From Candidatus Fervidifonticultor sextus (GTDB lineage: Bacteria; Sysuimicrobiota; Sysuimicrobiia; Sysuimicrobiales; Humicultoraceae), in assembly GCA_031459875.1 (NCBI GenBank), contig JAVKHQ010000009.1, positions 24,116-88,115 on the forward strand: a DNA stretch of 64,000 nucleotides. Direction: 5' to 3'. Position 1 is the stretch's first letter, and each line of letters opens with the position of its first letter. Made by a program: the position numbers and the translations under genes. Below are positions 62,107 through 64,000 of this stretch, piece after piece. The notes beneath the pieces were generated by a model. It saw nothing but the letters and a program-made list of their open reading frames with translations, had not been told where the DNA came from and ran no database searches.

Positions 62107-63417
62107 TCAACGGGGTTCGGCGGCCCGGGGAGGTCTCCTGCCCGACCACCAGGCCGGCAGCCACGAATAGCCCAGCACAAAGGCAAACAGGCACGCGCCG
62201 GCCAGGAATCCCACGCCGCCGGCTGCCGCGGTGAGGGGATCGGCCCGGAGGACACCCAGGGCGATGAGCCCCGGCGCGCCAGCCAGCAGCACGAACGGGG
62301 GCAGCGCGGCGCGCGGCCAGTACGGCGCCGGGAGGCGCGGGACCTCCAGCGCGCTCATCCCGAGGTGGAACCGGTAGTACCACATGAGGAACGGCGTGAC
62401 CTTGAACGCCTGGCCGGTGATGGCAAGTGTGACCCATCCCAGGAGGAACAGGGCGACCCCCGCCACCCCCCAGCGCGACGCCGCCCCGGGAAGCAGGCCC
62501 GTCGCCCACGCCAGGACTCCCAGGCTCAGCAGGGCGCCTTCACCGGCCAGGACCTGCCAGTGAGCGCGCGTGATGTCCGGCGCATGCGGCCGCCAGGCGC
62601 GCAGGTAGCGCACCAGGTCGGCCGTGTAGAGGAGTCCGGCGGCGGCGACCGCCGCGCCGCCGGCGCGCGCCAGGGGCGGGCTGAACAGGGCACCCGCGAC
62701 CAGCAGCAGCAACCCCGCGCCCAGCGTCCAGAAGACAGCCTCCGGCCGGATCCCCGGGAGATCGCCGGTGCCGGCGAACCGTGGCAGCAGGTAGTAGGAG
62801 ACGCCGGTGATGAGGAACGCGAACCAGCCCACCAGGCCCAGCGCCAGGTGCACCGCCAGGCCCATGGGCCCGATCAGGTCCCTCCAGAAGACGAATTTCC
62901 AGTTTGCGACGAGCAGCAGTCCCCAGGTCGCCGTCGCGCCCAGGGACGCCAGGGCCACGATCGCAAAGCGCAGCACCGGGAGGGTGCGGCGCCGCTGCCG
63001 GATCAGCGACGCGGCCACACCGAGCAGGATCGCGATGCTGGCGGCCACCAGGACGGCGCCGGCGACCAGCAGATCCACCGACCGCCCAAGGAACCCCGCC
63101 GTCATCAGGACGACCCCGAGCACGTGGACGAGGAACTGCCAGGGGACGGCCCGGCCCGGCTCGCGCCGCACCCCCACGGCGGCCGGCAGGAGCTGGTGCA
63201 GGGCGCCGATGGCGATCATGGTCCCCCACAGCAGGGTCACCAGGTGGTTGGCCGCCAGCACCGGCATCGAGCGGTGCTGGAGGAGGGCGAGCCTGGGGGA
63301 CGCCACAGCCACGAACGCCGCCACGATGGGGAAGCCCAGCACGCCGCCTGCAAGGAACAGGCCGGTGCGGGCGGCTCTGACCGGGAAGACATCGGCGGGT
63401 CCAACCGTTGGAGGCAA
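62107..63417 (-). CDS. Polytopic membrane protein with His-containing helices (NnrS/heme-copper oxidase-associated-like); start uncertain
   Basis: About 12 TMs, NHLVTL, GALHQLLP, VHLALGLVGW, GQAFKVTPFLMW. Confidence 0.6.
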   Translation of the reverse strand: MPPTVGPADVFPVRAARTGLFLAGGVLGFPIVAAFVAVASPRLALLQHRSMPVLAANHLVTLLWGTMIAIGALHQLLPAAVGVRREPGRAVPWQFLVHVLGVVLMTAGFLGRSVDLLVAGAVLVAASIAILLGVAASLIRQRRRTLPVLRFAIVALASLGATATWGLLLVANWKFVFWRDLIGPMGLAVHLALGLVGWFAFLITGVSYYLLPRFAGTGDLPGIRPEAVFWTLGAGLLLLVAGALFSPPLARAGGAAVAAAGLLYTADLVRYLRAWRPHAPDITRAHWQVLAGEGALLSLGVLAWATGLLPGAASRWGVAGVALFLLGWVTLAITGQAFKVTPFLMWYYRFHLGMSALEVPRLPAPYWPRAALPPFVLLAGAPGLIALGVLRADPLTAAAGGVGFLAGACLFAFVLGYSWLPAWWSGRRPPRAAEPR

Positions 63418-63444
63418 CGAAGATCCCTGCAGGGAGGGCCCTAG

Positions 63445-63614
63445 ATGTCGGTCACATTCGACGAGCACGTCCGGGCATTTCTGAGCGAGCCGCTGGCCGC
63501 CGTCCTGGCCACGGTCTCCCCGAGGAGACGACCCCAGGCCACGCCGGTCTGGTTCATGCTGGACGACGGCCTCATCCTGATCAACACCAGCCGGGGCCGG
63601 GTGAAACTCAGGAA
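63445..63614 (+). pseudogene. PPOX-class oxidoreductase interrupted by an IS
   Basis: AVLATV..PQATPVWF..INTSRGRVKLRN stops at the IS end, where the usual l.rDPrv continuation is absent. Confidence 0.75.
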
Positions 63615-64000
63615 CAGGAGTTACGCAGCCGGCATGATTACCTCCTTTCGGGATGGGGCCACGGGCGTGTCGAGGGCGGGCTGGTGTCCCTGAATGACGG
63701 CGAGTTGCAGGCGGCGTTTGACCTCACCCACCGTGTCTGATGGATCGAGCCGCGCCTGCTGGAGTACGACGAAGGCGAGGAGGACCAGCGCGACATGACG
63801 CTCCATGGCCTGCGGCACCCGGCACTGGCAGGCCCCCAGCCCCGCCAGTTGCTTAGTGTCGCGGAAACACGTTTCGATGTCCCAGCGGCTGCGCTTGCGA
63901 GCGAGCAGGGTCTTCCCGCGCCGATGCCAATCGTTGCTGACGATGTAGTCCAGTCCTCCCTGGCCGTTTGTAGCCACGACGAGTCGGATGGCGCCGTATC
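63615..64000 (-). mobile_element. IS701/IS4-superfamily insertion sequence, 3' end (runs off window)
   Basis: Transposase C-terminus RWDIETCFRDTKQLAGL.ACQCR; stop TAA at 63621 lies inside the end sequence CAGGAGTTACGCA. Confidence 0.85.

Overview
High-GC bacterial chromosome window, mostly housekeeping genes. Firmicutes-like yabE-rsmA-ispE-purR synteny together with a TolC suggests a diderm Terrabacteria lineage such as Armatimonadota/CSP1-3 (inference only). It contains a partial thyX, a Nudix hydrolase, two PQQ sugar dehydrogenases, iscS plus a complete nuoA-N operon, lgt, def, a folate-independent-type methionine synthase, a SAM-I riboswitch operon, ligA, a propionyl-CoA carboxylase/methylmalonyl-CoA mutase cluster, tRNA-fMet, HtrA proteases, a cold-shock gene, Rrf2 plus a multicopper oxidase, fabH and an IS701-like element at the right edge. 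Main points of interest: (1) a 2.9-kb decayed element (19689-22608) bounded by ~128-bp GGGG-terminated inverted repeats and a 12-14-bp near-perfect flanking direct repeat. This is casposon-like geometry, and it still holds fragments of Csx14-HTH, Cas6 and type I HsdR genes plus an IS256 pseudogene. (2) A SAM-I-controlled thrB / 'thrC' / MoaD-like carrier operon beside a core methionine synthase, implying a phosphohomoserine and sulfur-carrier route to methionine. (3) A promoter-driven ~87-nt hairpin RNA candidate at 44100-44186. (4) Unusual fusions: N-terminal domains-Hfq, MeaB-epimerase, HtrA-cNMP and Rrf2-MCO. All protein calls come from motif recognition by eye; no database searches were run.
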